A stretch of 64,000 nt of DNA from an uncultured Oscillospiraceae bacterium (GTDB lineage Bacteria > Bacillota > Clostridia > Christensenellales > CAG-314): assembly GCA_964533825.1 (NCBI GenBank), contig CAZHMU010000003.1:90964-154963 (forward strand), written 5' to 3'. The translations under genes and the position numbers were made by a program. Position 1 is the stretch's first letter. Each line of letters starts with the position of its first letter. Shown here one piece after another: positions 17,300 to 27,054 of this stretch. Below the pieces are notes generated by a model, which searched no databases, had not been told where the DNA came from, and was given only the letters and a program-made list of their open reading frames with translations.

Positions 17300-18385
17300 C
17301 TACTTGGTGTAGTAGTCCAGTGCTTGTTGGGTCAAGGGATGGCGGTCGTTTCCATGAGTGGTTAGGCAAAAGTCGTTGGCTTCCACAAGGCAGGCAACAA
17401 ACATATCTGTGAGAGAGCCTTTTAGGAGATGCTCCGTTGGGAAAGGACGAGTTTGTTCCGTTTTGTCGGCAACATACACCAACATATCCAGTTCCGTCAT
17501 GTTGGGTCTTGCTGTGCAGTGGTATCTTATCGCATCCAAGATTTCCGTATCAGTAATGCCAAAGTCCTTTTCCGCAACCAGCGCACCCAAAAATGCGTGG
17601 ATGATGGGACGTGGCATATCTTGGGGATCAAAACCGTAGTCGGCGTACCTTTCGGCAGGTAGGTTTTTTGCACAATCGTGGAGCAAGCACGCCCAATAGG
17701 CTTTTTCCTTCAAGTAACTGGGGCAGAGCTCCAGCCCACGCTTGACAACGTAGTAGGTGTGATTGAAACGTTTAGGGTCGGTGACGTAGGTGCGAAGTTT
17801 GTCCACCACTTGCGTTTTGTGGGCGTAGACGTTGTCTTGCAGGATGAACTTATCTACTGCGTCATCAACAAACTGTGTGTTTGGCAGGCGGAAGTTGTAC
17901 CTGAGGCGAATTTCCGTTGAGCTGACGTCGGTAGGCTCAAAGGATACTTTGGCGATTTTGCCAAGGTATTTTTGCTCCATTTGAGATGAGTCCACGCCGT
18001 CGCGCTCGCAGACGGCAAGCGTTGCCAAACTCAAAATTTGTTGTGGCTTGTACCACTTTTCGAAGTCGCGGAAACTGTCTTCCCCTATTATCAAAAACAG
18101 CTGGTCGTTGGGGTGGGTTTCGTGCAGGTGTTGCAAAGTGTCCACAGTGTAGCTTTTGCCTACCTTGGTGATTTCGTAGTCGCTAACTTCGCCAATGCCG
18201 TCAAAGGCAATTTTGCACATTGCAAGGCGGTCCAGCTTGTCCACGTCGGTCTTTTTGTGTGGTGGATCGCCACAAGGCATGATGATGAGCTTGTCCAGTT
18301 GCAACTGCGATACCGCTTGGCGAGCCATATTTAGGTGTGTTTTGTGTGGCGGATTGAAAGTTCCGCCAAAAAGTCCTATTTTCAT
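17300..18385 (-). CDS. nadD: Fused nicotinate-nucleotide adenylyltransferase (NadD) and YqeK HD-domain phosphohydrolase
   Basis: The N-terminal half has GLFGGTFNPPHKTH and ...IGEDSF. The C-terminal half has ...WACLLHDCAK...IIHAFLGA...RYHCTARP...VYVADKTE, typical of YqeK. One uninterrupted frame. Start taken at the ATG at 18385. Confidence 0.85.
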   Translation of the reverse strand: MKIGLFGGTFNPPHKTHLNMARQAVSQLQLDKLIIMPCGDPPHKKTDVDKLDRLAMCKIAFDGIGEVSDYEITKVGKSYTVDTLQHLHETHPNDQLFLIIGEDSFRDFEKWYKPQQILSLATLAVCERDGVDSSQMEQKYLGKIAKVSFEPTDVSSTEIRLRYNFRLPNTQFVDDAVDKFILQDNVYAHKTQVVDKLRTYVTDPKRFNHTYYVVKRGLELCPSYLKEKAYWACLLHDCAKNLPAERYADYGFDPQDMPRPIIHAFLGALVAEKDFGITDTEILDAIRYHCTARPNMTELDMLVYVADKTEQTRPFPTEHLLKGSLTDMFVACLVEANDFCLTTHGNDRHPLTQQALDYYTK

Positions 18386-18391
18386 ACAATC

Positions 18392-18420
18392 ATTATACAG
18401 TATTTTGCGCAAATTTTCAA
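18392..18420 (-). promoter_or_regulatory. Consensus promoter positioned for a leaderless nadD-yqeK mRNA
   Basis: Minus strand reads TTGAAA, a 17-nt spacer, TATAAT, then gattgt and the ATG at 18385. No SD is present. Confidence 0.5.
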
Positions 18421-18451
18421 TAAAAATTTTGATGTTGTCAATAATTGTTGT

Positions 18452-19234
18452 ATGGCAAAATTTTTTGATGTATTTTTGAGCAGTATTGCAATATTTTTTG
18501 TATCCTTTTGTTGGGGATACTACGTTTTGCGCGACTACAAGTTGGCGCTCGGGGTGGCGATTGTGATTGGACTTTGTTCAAGTTACATAGTTTATCGAAT
18601 TGTGAACAAGGGGCAAAGTAAAGCTGTTGCCACCAAACAAAAAAAGGCAATGTTAGCCAGCTTTTGCAACTACTTGAGTTTTTGTGAAAATGCAAGCGAT
18701 GTGTTTGCTGATTTGCTAAAATACTACACCTTTGCTATTGAAAAAGTGGGCGATGAGTGCCTTGTTGCCGTCAAAAACGGTCAAAAAAGCTACGTTGCGT
18801 TGATGTTTGACAGCGACTTCGTGACCGTCCAAGAGGTCAGAAAAGCCGTCAAAATGGCAAAAGCAAACAAGGTGGACAAACTTGTGGTGTTTTGCCTTGG
18901 GGCAAAGGCGACGGAAATACAGCTGGCAAATGGACAACTGCCCACAAAGTTTGTGGATGCCAAAAGTTGTTTGGCACTGTTTGAGCAGGCGGACAAACTT
19001 CCGCCACTCACAAAACCTGCGGTAAAAAAGTCGGCATATTTTTGCCAATTTGCTTTCAGCAAAAAGCGGTTTGGGGGTTACTTTACAAGTGGGATGTTTT
19101 TGCTTGTAACATCCATGCTGACATTTTTTCCGTTGTACTCCATTGTTTGGGGGACAGCGTTGCTTGGAGTGGCATTGTACAGCTTGTTGAACAAAAGGTA
19201 CAATGTGGTGGAAAAGGTGGCGACATTAGAGTGA
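18452..19234 (+). CDS. Membrane protein with 2 N-terminal and 2 C-terminal TM helices around a soluble core
   Basis: The track ORF 18335.. overlaps nadD, so the first non-overlapping ATG at 18452 (MAKFFDVFLSSIAIFFV...) was taken. No SD was seen and the function is unknown. Confidence 0.5.
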   Translation: MAKFFDVFLSSIAIFFVSFCWGYYVLRDYKLALGVAIVIGLCSSYIVYRIVNKGQSKAVATKQKKAMLASFCNYLSFCENASDVFADLLKYYTFAIEKVGDECLVAVKNGQKSYVALMFDSDFVTVQEVRKAVKMAKANKVDKLVVFCLGAKATEIQLANGQLPTKFVDAKSCLALFEQADKLPPLTKPAVKKSAYFCQFAFSKKRFGGYFTSGMFLLVTSMLTFFPLYSIVWGTALLGVALYSLLNKRYNVVEKVATLE

Positions 19235-19245
19235 AAAATGCAAAA

Positions 19246-19280
19246 TAAAAGAGCAATCAAACGATTGCTCTATTTTTTTG
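19246..19280. terminator. Bidirectional terminator between convergent genes
   Basis: AGAGCAATC-aaac-GATTGCTCT flanked by an A-run and tattttttt. Confidence 0.85.
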
Positions 19281-19288
19281 AAAATTTG

Positions 19289-19963
19289 TTAGCGTTCGCG
19301 TACTCGGCCGAAGCAGTCTTTGACCTTCAAAAGCACTGTCCCGATGCCCAGCACAATACCCAAAACAATCAGTATCCACCAAAATACGCCCATAGGGAAA
19401 GTGGACAAATTAAACCAGCCGTATTGATAGAAATCTAAAAAGAAGTATGGCACTTTTGCGCCGTAGCCAAAGTCTGCACCAGAAAGGGATGCACTCATAA
19501 CAAACACAAAGTACACAAGTGGAGTGGATATCGACCACCAAAAATCCGTCTTTTTGTGACGATAGCCTTGCGCATTGACAAGCCAATCGGCAACGGACAA
19601 AATTGGCACTACACCATGGCAAAGGATACTGTCAAAGTCAAAAATGAGCTCTGGGTATTCCTTCATTTGGATGGGTGCAAGCATAACCCAAAACACAAGA
19701 AATGTCAATGTGATAGCAACGGACGCTGCGTACTTGACGACGTTGAGCCAATGTGGGATGTGAACCTTTTTGCCACAGTAGGAAAGAACATCCAAAATGG
19801 CAAATGCAAGGCATACAAGGCCAATGGCAATGTTGCTTTGGGTTGTGTAGTACAAAAATGTGTTGCGCGCCATAAACTCGCCATTGGCAGCGGCGATTAC
19901 GCCCCAACAGGCAAAAATAGCGGTTAGGAATCTAAGTATTGTGGAAGTAATTTTTTTAGTCAA
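19289..19963 (-). CDS. Pr6Pr-family (FAR-17a/AIG1-like) membrane protein
   Basis: 224 aa with about 6 TM segments and the YYTTQSN motif after TM1. Confidence 0.6.
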   Translation of the reverse strand: MTKKITSTILRFLTAIFACWGVIAAANGEFMARNTFLYYTTQSNIAIGLVCLAFAILDVLSYCGKKVHIPHWLNVVKYAASVAITLTFLVFWVMLAPIQMKEYPELIFDFDSILCHGVVPILSVADWLVNAQGYRHKKTDFWWSISTPLVYFVFVMSASLSGADFGYGAKVPYFFLDFYQYGWFNLSTFPMGVFWWILIVLGIVLGIGTVLLKVKDCFGRVRER

Positions 19964-20005
19964 CGTGGTTTACCTCGAAACAAATAAAGGTGATTGTATA
20001 ATGAA

Positions 20006-20878
20006 TTACTTGCCTTTGCGGAACATTTTGTCGATGGCTTGTTGGTCGTAGACGTACTTTTTGCCACAGAAGTGACAGCAAACTTCGATTTGGCCCACTT
20101 CGTCGATGATGGATTGAGCCTCTTGTTTGCCAAGGCCTTTGACAACCTTGTTGATTTTGCGTTTGCCGCAGTTGCACTTGTACTTGACCACTTGCGTTTC
20201 GGTAAACACAGGGTTGAACTCACCAAAGAAACGCTTGATTACCTGCTCGGCTGTGGAGCCGTCAAATTGGTAGCTCATTTCGTCCATGGCGTACATAACT
20301 GTTTCCAAGCGGTACAACAAATCTTCCGGACAGTTGGGCATTACTTGAACAAACACACCACCGGCAGACTTACATTTTCCTTTTTTGAGACCAACACCAA
20401 GTGTTACACCGCAAGGTTGTTGCTCACTTGTAGCAAAGTAGTAGGCAAAGTCGGAGGCAATTTCGCCACTGATGATTTTGGATGTACCAACGTAGGGTTG
20501 CTTGAGTCCCAAGTCTTTGATTACAGTGATTGCACCATCGCGACCAACGGCTGCACCAACATCCAGGTGACCATCAGCTCGCAAGGTTGTTTCTACAACT
20601 GGATTTGCAACTGTGCCCTTTACACGGCCTTTGCCATCGGCGCAAACTGTAATTGTGCCAAGTGGGCCACCGCCATTGATGGTTGCAGTAAGGTAGTCGT
20701 CGGAGTTTTTGAGTTCCTTACCCATTAGTGCTGCCATTGTGAGCGCGCGACCAAGCGCCGCTGCTGCTACTGGAGAAAGGTTGTGAACTTTGATAGCTCG
20801 ATTTACGATGGTTTTGCTTTCTACTGCCGAGATTATTACGGCATTTTCGATGATTGCTTTTGTTAAAATTGATGGCAT
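20006..20878 (-). CDS. hslO: Redox-regulated chaperone Hsp33
   Basis: C-terminal zinc centre YKCNCG...CCHFCGKKY and overall Hsp33 length. Start trimmed to the ATG at 20878. Confidence 0.9.
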   Translation of the reverse strand: MPSILTKAIIENAVIISAVESKTIVNRAIKVHNLSPVAAAALGRALTMAALMGKELKNSDDYLTATINGGGPLGTITVCADGKGRVKGTVANPVVETTLRADGHLDVGAAVGRDGAITVIKDLGLKQPYVGTSKIISGEIASDFAYYFATSEQQPCGVTLGVGLKKGKCKSAGGVFVQVMPNCPEDLLYRLETVMYAMDEMSYQFDGSTAEQVIKRFFGEFNPVFTETQVVKYKCNCGKRKINKVVKGLGKQEAQSIIDEVGQIEVCCHFCGKKYVYDQQAIDKMFRKGK

Positions 20879-20940
20879 AGTTGTAGTCCTGTTAAAGTGT
20901 ATTTTTGAGGTTAGCAATTAGATTGCATTTTCAGATATCT

Positions 20941-20970
20941 GCGGGTAGCAGAGTTACGTCTGCCCCTACG
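20941..20970 (-). repeat. REP-like hairpin, variant copy
   Basis: Minus strand reads CGUAGGGGCAGA-CGUAAC-UCUGC(UA)CCC. It shares the GUAGGGG 5' flank and lies 57 nt after the methyltransferase stop. Confidence 0.4.
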
Positions 20971-21026
20971 AATGTTGGATGCTGTCGTCAAAATCCAGTC
21001 AAAAGTTGTTTGCGCAAGCAATGAAT

Positions 21027-21743
21027 TTACTCGTTTACCGCGTAAAATGTGATGCGAAGGCTGTCTTGTTGCAGGCTTTTGCCGTAGTCGGCGGTTGTTT
21101 CCACAAGGGTAAAACCTGCATCACGCAAACAATTTTCCACAAAAGATTGTGTGTGGATGTACTGGGTGTGGCTTTCGTCACTGCGATTGTAATTTTGACC
21201 GCATTTGGTAAACAGCGTCAAGTTCATTGTGACGGAATTGTCGGCAAGAGTGTTTGTCCAAAGGAGAGTTTTGTCCTTGTCGTCCACAAAAAAGACGTTG
21301 TTTGCAACGATGTTTTGCAGTTTGTAGGCAGAAGACACATCAAACACAAATGGAGCGCCAACTTTGAGATTAGCTTTGACAGTTTGGAAAAAGGCCGTCA
21401 AGTCGGCTGGGACAATGTAGTTTGTGCCATCGTTGACGCACACAGCCATATCTACTGGGCTTGCAAGTTTGAGTTTTTGCATATCTTGTTTGACAAAGAC
21501 TGCCCTGCACTTTTGACAAGCCTCTGTTAGCATCTCGGCAGAGTTATCTACCCCCACTACTTGCAAACCACGCTTGGCAAGGAGAGCTGTCATTTTGCCA
21601 GTGCCACAAGCAAGGTCCACAACGGACTTGACTTTGTGCTTAGCTACCACTGTAAACAAATATTGCGACCAGCCAGTGTAGTCGCAATCGTTGTGTGTTA
21701 GGTTATCGTAACTATTGGCAATTACCGAATAACTTTTGTTCAT
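21027..21743 (-). CDS. Class I SAM-dependent methyltransferase
   Basis: Motif I VVDLACGTGKMT followed by VVGVDNSAEML. ATG at 21743, with an alternative GTG at 21755. Confidence 0.8.
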   Translation of the reverse strand: MNKSYSVIANSYDNLTHNDCDYTGWSQYLFTVVAKHKVKSVVDLACGTGKMTALLAKRGLQVVGVDNSAEMLTEACQKCRAVFVKQDMQKLKLASPVDMAVCVNDGTNYIVPADLTAFFQTVKANLKVGAPFVFDVSSAYKLQNIVANNVFFVDDKDKTLLWTNTLADNSVTMNLTLFTKCGQNYNRSDESHTQYIHTQSFVENCLRDAGFTLVETTADYGKSLQQDSLRITFYAVNE

Positions 21744-21747
21744 ATTT

Positions 21748-22683
21748 TTACGCACCTTGTGGCTCTGCGCCTACTTGGTTGGAGTTGTGTTTGTTCTTTT
21801 TGCCCTTTTTGGTTTCTACTGGGTGGAACAAAGCGAAAGTTCTCATCATGTGAGATTGCCATACCAGTGGGAAGTACAATCCGCCAAACATAAGCATGAA
21901 AACCATCACGAAAGATTGAAGCATACCACCTGCAGTGAGCAAATAAAGTGGGATAGGCAACAATGCAAACACCAATTGGAAGATGTTTGGAACAATGTTG
22001 AGCCACATCAACAGCCAAGCATCACGCAAGTTTGCACTCAAAGTTTGTTTATAAGTTACAGATACACTGCACAAAATGAGCAAATACACCGCAACAAGCA
22101 ACAATGCAATAGCCATCAAAACAACGCAAATTACTGAAACCCAACCTGGCATAATGCCTGGCGCCCAGTTTGCAAATGTCAAAATGCCAAACACAGAGAA
22201 AGCGATGATAAGTTCGCTTGCAAGTGCGTACAAGATGTTTGCTTTGACACCCATCACAAAACTACGAAGTACGCCAACTGTTGCAAGTTTGCCTGTCCAA
22301 AATGAGTCACGAATTACGGCCAAACCGCCGGAAAGCACAAGAGCTGCCAAAACGGATGCCAAAACAGTATACAAACCATATTCTACTTCCATTTGGAACT
22401 TTTGGTTGGCGAAAACTTGGTCTACGCCTATCCATGCACCAGTGGAAAATGGATCGCCCACTGTTGGCAAGATTGATTGAAGTTGTGTAACTTGATAGTT
22501 AGTATAAACCAGCATCACAAAAATGGGTGCAAGTGTCAACAAAACGAGAAGGCTAAAGCCAAACACGTGCCACGTATTTTCGCGATAGAGAACTTGGAAA
22601 AACTTCCAAGTGTTGAGGCGGTTTAGACGTTTTGTGACGTGTCCGCAACGTTCATTTGCTAATGCTATTTTTCTGTAGTCCAT
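21748..22683 (-). CDS. Polytopic membrane protein, unknown function
   Basis: Start at 22683 (MDYRKIAL...) with AAGGAGA SD. About 6 TM segments. Confidence 0.6.
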   Translation of the reverse strand: MDYRKIALANERCGHVTKRLNRLNTWKFFQVLYRENTWHVFGFSLLVLLTLAPIFVMLVYTNYQVTQLQSILPTVGDPFSTGAWIGVDQVFANQKFQMEVEYGLYTVLASVLAALVLSGGLAVIRDSFWTGKLATVGVLRSFVMGVKANILYALASELIIAFSVFGILTFANWAPGIMPGWVSVICVVLMAIALLLVAVYLLILCSVSVTYKQTLSANLRDAWLLMWLNIVPNIFQLVFALLPIPLYLLTAGGMLQSFVMVFMLMFGGLYFPLVWQSHMMRTFALFHPVETKKGKKNKHNSNQVGAEPQGA

Positions 22684-23009
22684 TGTGAAAAGTCTCCTTT
22701 TGGCGCGCAAAAGTGCACACCTTTGAGTATGTCTTGGGATATTATATCAAAGATATATTTTTTTTTCAAGTATTTGACTGCTTTTTGTCAATTATTTGCA
22801 TTGTATACTGGAAAGTTGAAAGTTAGCGGAAAAATTACTTGTGCAATAACAATTATTTGTGTTTTTGTGACAAGTGCAACTAAACATGGATGGTTTACAG
22901 CAGGTTGGAGTGTTGAAATATTTTTTAGTTTTGGCGAAAGTTGTCCGCATTTGGTTAGTTTTAGCATTTTGCGTGTGCCGTCAAAATACACTACTGCAAA
23001 GGGGTTTTT

Positions 23010-23981
23010 ATGAAAATTGCCATTGTGGGGGCAACCGGGCTTGTGGGGGAAAGTTTGAAAAACATCATTTGTGACAAGTTGCCCACTGCCACTTTGCAGT
23101 TGTACGGAAACAAATCGGTAGGAAAAAAGGTGCAATGTGGCAATAAATACGCCACTGTTTTGCCGGTTAGTAACATACTTGACAATCTCCCTGACGTTGC
23201 AATGTTTATGGCAAACGAGGTTGTTGCAAAGGAGTACATTCCGCAACTGGCAAAAAGGGGAGTAATATGCATTGACAACAGCAGTTACTTTCGTATGCAT
23301 AGCGACGTGCCACTTGTTGTGCCCTGCATCAACGGCCACAAGGTGGCAAAAAGCAAAGTCATTGCCAATCCAAACTGCACTACCATACAGGTTGCCATTG
23401 CGCTACATTGTTTGCGCAGTTTGCGACCATACAAGGTGACAGTCGCAACCTATCAATCAACAAGTGGCGCGGGACGAGATGGCCTGATTGATCTGCAAGA
23501 AAACAGGCAATACGGCAAACTGAAAGCCTTTGCGCACCCCATTGCAAACAATGTGATTCCACTTGTGGGAAGCATTACGGAAAGTGGCTACTCCACTGAA
23601 GAAGTCAAAATGCAAAATGAGTGCCAAAAGATTTTGGGTATGCCACTGGCTATCAACTGTTTTTGCGCAAGGGTACCAGTGAGCGTTGGACACTGTGCAT
23701 TTGTCAACGTACAACTGGAAAAATCTTTTACAATGCCACAAGTAAGACAACTTTTGCAGGGGGAAAGCAACGTGCTGACATTTTTTGAGCCGTACGACAA
23801 TTTGTTGCCAATGCCGATGGGCATACGCGGGAGCAAGTACGTTGGCATTGGCAGAGTTGTGCGCGACCAGACATCAAACGGCATAAATATGTTTGTAGTG
23901 GCGGACAACATCTTGCGTGGGGCAAGCTACAATGCCTACGAAATACTGGAACTTGCTCTGCAAGAAGAACAGTTTGAGTAA
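23010..23981 (+). CDS. asd: Aspartate-semialdehyde dehydrogenase
   Basis: MKIAIVGATGLVG, active-site region IANPNCTTI, YQSTSGAGRDG. Confidence 0.9.
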   Translation: MKIAIVGATGLVGESLKNIICDKLPTATLQLYGNKSVGKKVQCGNKYATVLPVSNILDNLPDVAMFMANEVVAKEYIPQLAKRGVICIDNSSYFRMHSDVPLVVPCINGHKVAKSKVIANPNCTTIQVAIALHCLRSLRPYKVTVATYQSTSGAGRDGLIDLQENRQYGKLKAFAHPIANNVIPLVGSITESGYSTEEVKMQNECQKILGMPLAINCFCARVPVSVGHCAFVNVQLEKSFTMPQVRQLLQGESNVLTFFEPYDNLLPMPMGIRGSKYVGIGRVVRDQTSNGINMFVVADNILRGASYNAYEILELALQEEQFE

Positions 23982-24108
23982 ATTTGGTAAAGGACCATGT
24001 CAATATGCCAAAATTTGTGGACAAACGAAGCTATGACGTAGTTTTTGCGGTGCAACAGCAAAACAAACTCGTCAAACAAAAAACTTTGAAAGTATTGGGG
24101 GGAAAGGT

Positions 24109-24930
24109 ATGAGTGAAATTATCACTGCGCTTGCAACGCCATTTGTAGGCGGAAAGATAGACATTGACAGCTTTGGCAAGCTGGTGGAGAGTCAGTGCCA
24201 AAACGGCATTGATGGGTTGCTTGTGGCTGGCGCTACTGGCGAAGGTATGTTGCTATCTCCTTGCGAAAAGAAACTGCTTGTGACAGTGGCAAAGCAGATT
24301 GCAACTGACACTCCAGTTTGGCTAAATATTGACGGCGTTGGCACCCGAGAGGCTGTGGAGCAGGTAAGATGGGCAAACAAACTGGGTGTGGATGGGTTGC
24401 TTGTTAGCCCACCTGCTTTTTGCAAATGTACACCTATGGGGCTGCTGGAACACGGCAAACGGTTGGTGCGAGAAACAACCTTGCCCATAATGATGTACAA
24501 TGCTCCCAGTCGTGTTGGGTATCCGTTGCCATTGGATGTTGTGCAGATGCTCTCCCACTTGGGAGTGACTGTAAAGGATGCTGGCAAGGACCTTGCCTAC
24601 ACCAAAAGTTTGCAAAAGTTTACCACTGTCTTTTGTGGAAACGAACAAAAGGCAACGGAATTTGTGGAATTGGGGGTGGAAAAAGCGGTATCGGTGGTTG
24701 CAAACGTCTGTCCAAAGCTTACAAAAGGCTTTTTTGGCGGGGCGAATCTGACCAAAAAACAGACGTCCTACTTCAAACGCGTAGCACGACTGACTGCGTT
24801 GGAAATCAACCCTGTGGCAATCAAGTATATGCTCTTCAAAGTGGGTATTTTTGCATCTTTTGAGCTGCGATTACCCTTGACGGAAGCAAACGCGCGCACA
24901 AAACGGCTTGTTGATGAGGTATTTGCGTGA
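24109..24930 (+). CDS. dapA: 4-hydroxy-tetrahydrodipicolinate synthase
   Basis: ITALATPF...IDGLLVAGATGEG...YNAPSRVG. Overlaps dapB by 4 nt. Confidence 0.85.
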   Translation: MSEIITALATPFVGGKIDIDSFGKLVESQCQNGIDGLLVAGATGEGMLLSPCEKKLLVTVAKQIATDTPVWLNIDGVGTREAVEQVRWANKLGVDGLLVSPPAFCKCTPMGLLEHGKRLVRETTLPIMMYNAPSRVGYPLPLDVVQMLSHLGVTVKDAGKDLAYTKSLQKFTTVFCGNEQKATEFVELGVEKAVSVVANVCPKLTKGFFGGANLTKKQTSYFKRVARLTALEINPVAIKYMLFKVGIFASFELRLPLTEANARTKRLVDEVFA

Positions 24931-25553
24931 AAATTGCTGTGTTTGGCGCAAAAGGACGTGTTGGTAGCGAGGTTGTTCGTCTTGCAAAAGGGCATGACGT
25001 GTGGCAAATTGACAAAGACTACGAGCAAAATCCACTGCAAAATGTGGATGTTGTCATTGATTTTAGCTTGCCAAGCGCAACAAAACAGGTCGTAGATTTT
25101 TGTCAAGCGCACCGCTGTCCGCTTGTTACTGGGGTTACAGGTCGGTCACAAAGTGACTCGCAACTTGTTGACCAACTGTCCAAACAAGTTACGGTTGTTG
25201 CACAGGACAATTTTAGCCAAGGTATTGCGTTGCTTACGGAGATTTGCCAGCACGTAGCTCAAAAATGCAACTGGGCGTGCGAAATTGTAGAAACGCACCA
25301 CCAAAACAAAAAGGATAGCCCAAGCGGTACGGCAAAAATGATAGCTAGCAAAGTCGCCAAAACTGGGGGAGAATTTTGCACGGTGACGATACACAGCTTG
25401 CGTCTTGGCAGCAACTTTGGTCGTCACGAAATTGTGTTTGCAACGCAAGGAGAAAGCTTGACAATCACTCACCAGGCGGAAAACGTAGATATTTTTGCCA
25501 AAGGGGCATTGAAAACAGCTCTGGAAGTGGCAAAAAATAGTCAAAAGTATTGA
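24927..25553 (+). CDS. dapB: 4-hydroxy-tetrahydrodipicolinate reductase (short form, 208 aa)
   Basis: MKIAVFGAKGRVG, VIDFSLPSA, EIVETHHQNKKDSPSGTA. Confidence 0.85.
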   Translation: MKIAVFGAKGRVGSEVVRLAKGHDVWQIDKDYEQNPLQNVDVVIDFSLPSATKQVVDFCQAHRCPLVTGVTGRSQSDSQLVDQLSKQVTVVAQDNFSQGIALLTEICQHVAQKCNWACEIVETHHQNKKDSPSGTAKMIASKVAKTGGEFCTVTIHSLRLGSNFGRHEIVFATQGESLTITHQAENVDIFAKGALKTALEVAKNSQKY

Positions 25554-25577
25554 CATCTGCGCGGGAAGTGCTATAAT
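25550..25577 (+). promoter_or_regulatory. Sigma-70 promoter of the zinc-ribbon membrane-protein pair
   Basis: TTGACA, a 16-nt spacer, then TATAAT. The -35 overlaps the dapB stop codon. Confidence 0.6.
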
Positions 25578-25606
25578 ATGAGTAACATCTATTTAGGAGG
25601 TTACAT

Positions 25607-26131
25607 ATGAAATACTGCTCAAAATGCGGTTGGGAAATGCAAGACGACGAAGTTTTTTGCCGCAACTGTGGCACAAAGTCTGGCGCAACCGAAGGCCCAA
25701 CCAACACTGCTACCTACTACGACGATACACCACCAAAAACATTGAACAAAACAATGCAAGTTATTCTTAAAATTTTGCTGATTATTGCAGTTTTGAGTAT
25801 CGTTTGGAGCGCTGGCGAATGTTTTGTAAATGCCTTTATTCTTGACAATGGCGGAACAGATGCCGTTCGCGAAATGTTTGCTGACTTCCCAGAAGTGTTG
25901 GATATGTTGGCTCAACTTGATGGCACCGACGTTGCAGAGTTGTTTGAAATCATCTTTATCGTTGCTGGTGTGTTTTCGCTTATCCCACTTTGTTGGGTTT
26001 TGCCAATGCGCAAAAAAATTTTGAAAGCAATGAAAGAAGGTACAACCTTGACAACTGGTTTCAAAATTTGCACATTGATTTTTGTAAACGCTCTTGCCGG
26101 TATCCTTTTGCTTTGCTCAAGTGATATTTAA
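25607..26131 (+). CDS. Zinc-ribbon membrane protein
   Basis: MKYCSKCG...FCRNCG, then 3-4 TM segments. AGGAGG SD. Confidence 0.65.
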   Translation: MKYCSKCGWEMQDDEVFCRNCGTKSGATEGPTNTATYYDDTPPKTLNKTMQVILKILLIIAVLSIVWSAGECFVNAFILDNGGTDAVREMFADFPEVLDMLAQLDGTDVAELFEIIFIVAGVFSLIPLCWVLPMRKKILKAMKEGTTLTTGFKICTLIFVNALAGILLLCSSDI

Positions 26132-26200
26132 CACCAACACCAATAATGTTTATTGCTCTTTGCGCCAATGCAAGGAGCAATTTTACAAAGGAGTCAAACT

Positions 26201-26752
26201 ATGAAATACTGTCCTAAATGCGGAACAGAATTGACGGATGAAAGCGCATACTGCCACAAATGTGGCGCTTGGCAATACGTCGAGGCTCAACAGGGACAAC
26301 AATCTCAACAAAGTCAGCAACATCAAGCACCACAAAAGCCACCATACAACAAAGGTATTGCAACTGCAAACAAAGTTTTGCTCATCATTTTGTGCGTTTC
26401 GCTGTGCATAACAGCCATTGAGGCCATTGTTTTTAGCGTATTTTCTGCCAAATGGTTGGAAGACATCAGCCAAATGATGCAAGACTTGGAAGATCAATAC
26501 GGCGCAGCAATAAGTATGGTTTACTGGGTATTTGCTAACTTTGGCGTGATAGGCGTTTGGTTGCACGCATTGCCGCTTGCGTGGGTGTTGCCAATGACTG
26601 TGCACTACTTCAAAAAGGTCAAGGCTGACGAGCCAACAACATTGTCCTTCAAAATTTGCACGCTGATATTTGCTCATTTTTTGGTAGGAATATTTATGCT
26701 ATGTTTTGAACCACACGCTGACGATGTGCAACCAAAGCCACAAAGCATTTGA
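26201..26752 (+). CDS. Zinc-ribbon membrane protein (paralog of 25607..26131)
   Basis: Start trimmed to 26201 (MKYCPKCG...YCHKCG) with AAAGGAG SD. Shares ...FKICTLIF... with its neighbour. Confidence 0.65.
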   Translation: MKYCPKCGTELTDESAYCHKCGAWQYVEAQQGQQSQQSQQHQAPQKPPYNKGIATANKVLLIILCVSLCITAIEAIVFSVFSAKWLEDISQMMQDLEDQYGAAISMVYWVFANFGVIGVWLHALPLAWVLPMTVHYFKKVKADEPTTLSFKICTLIFAHFLVGIFMLCFEPHADDVQPKPQSI

Positions 26753-26786
26753 TTTGATAAAAATTGGCACAAATAACTAAACAAAA

Positions 26787-26822
26787 AGGACGAAATCGTA
26801 ATGGTTTCGTCCTATTTGTTTG
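26787..26822 (+). terminator. Rho-independent terminator
   Basis: AGGACGAAA-(9 nt)-TTTCGTCCT followed by atttgtttg. Confidence 0.75.
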
Positions 26823-26841
26823 TTGTTTGCTGAAAATGTGC

Positions 26842-26864
26842 AGACGACCATAGGTCGCCCATAC
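26842..26864 (-). repeat. REP-like hairpin
   Basis: Minus strand reads GUAUGGGCGACC-UAU-GGUCGUCU (8 bp including 2 G-U). Confidence 0.55.
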
Positions 26865-27054
26865 ATAGAAAAGAATTACATAGTGGCGGGAAGTTAAAGG
26901 TTGATATAGTCGCACTCAATACAAAAGGCTCTCACTTTGGAGAGTCTTTTGTGTATCGTTGTATTTTGTACGGACAAGAGTTAGTTTTTTTTGCGCAAGA
27001 TGTTTTGCAAAGGTAATAATAAGCAAATTCAAATTTGGTGCAAGTGTAATTTCG

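Noticed and set aside
22711-24108. Lysine (L-box) riboswitch or other leader upstream of asd or dapA
   Set aside because: I could not recognise the conserved L-box core segments in either spacer. Without a covariance-model scan this remains undetected, not excluded.
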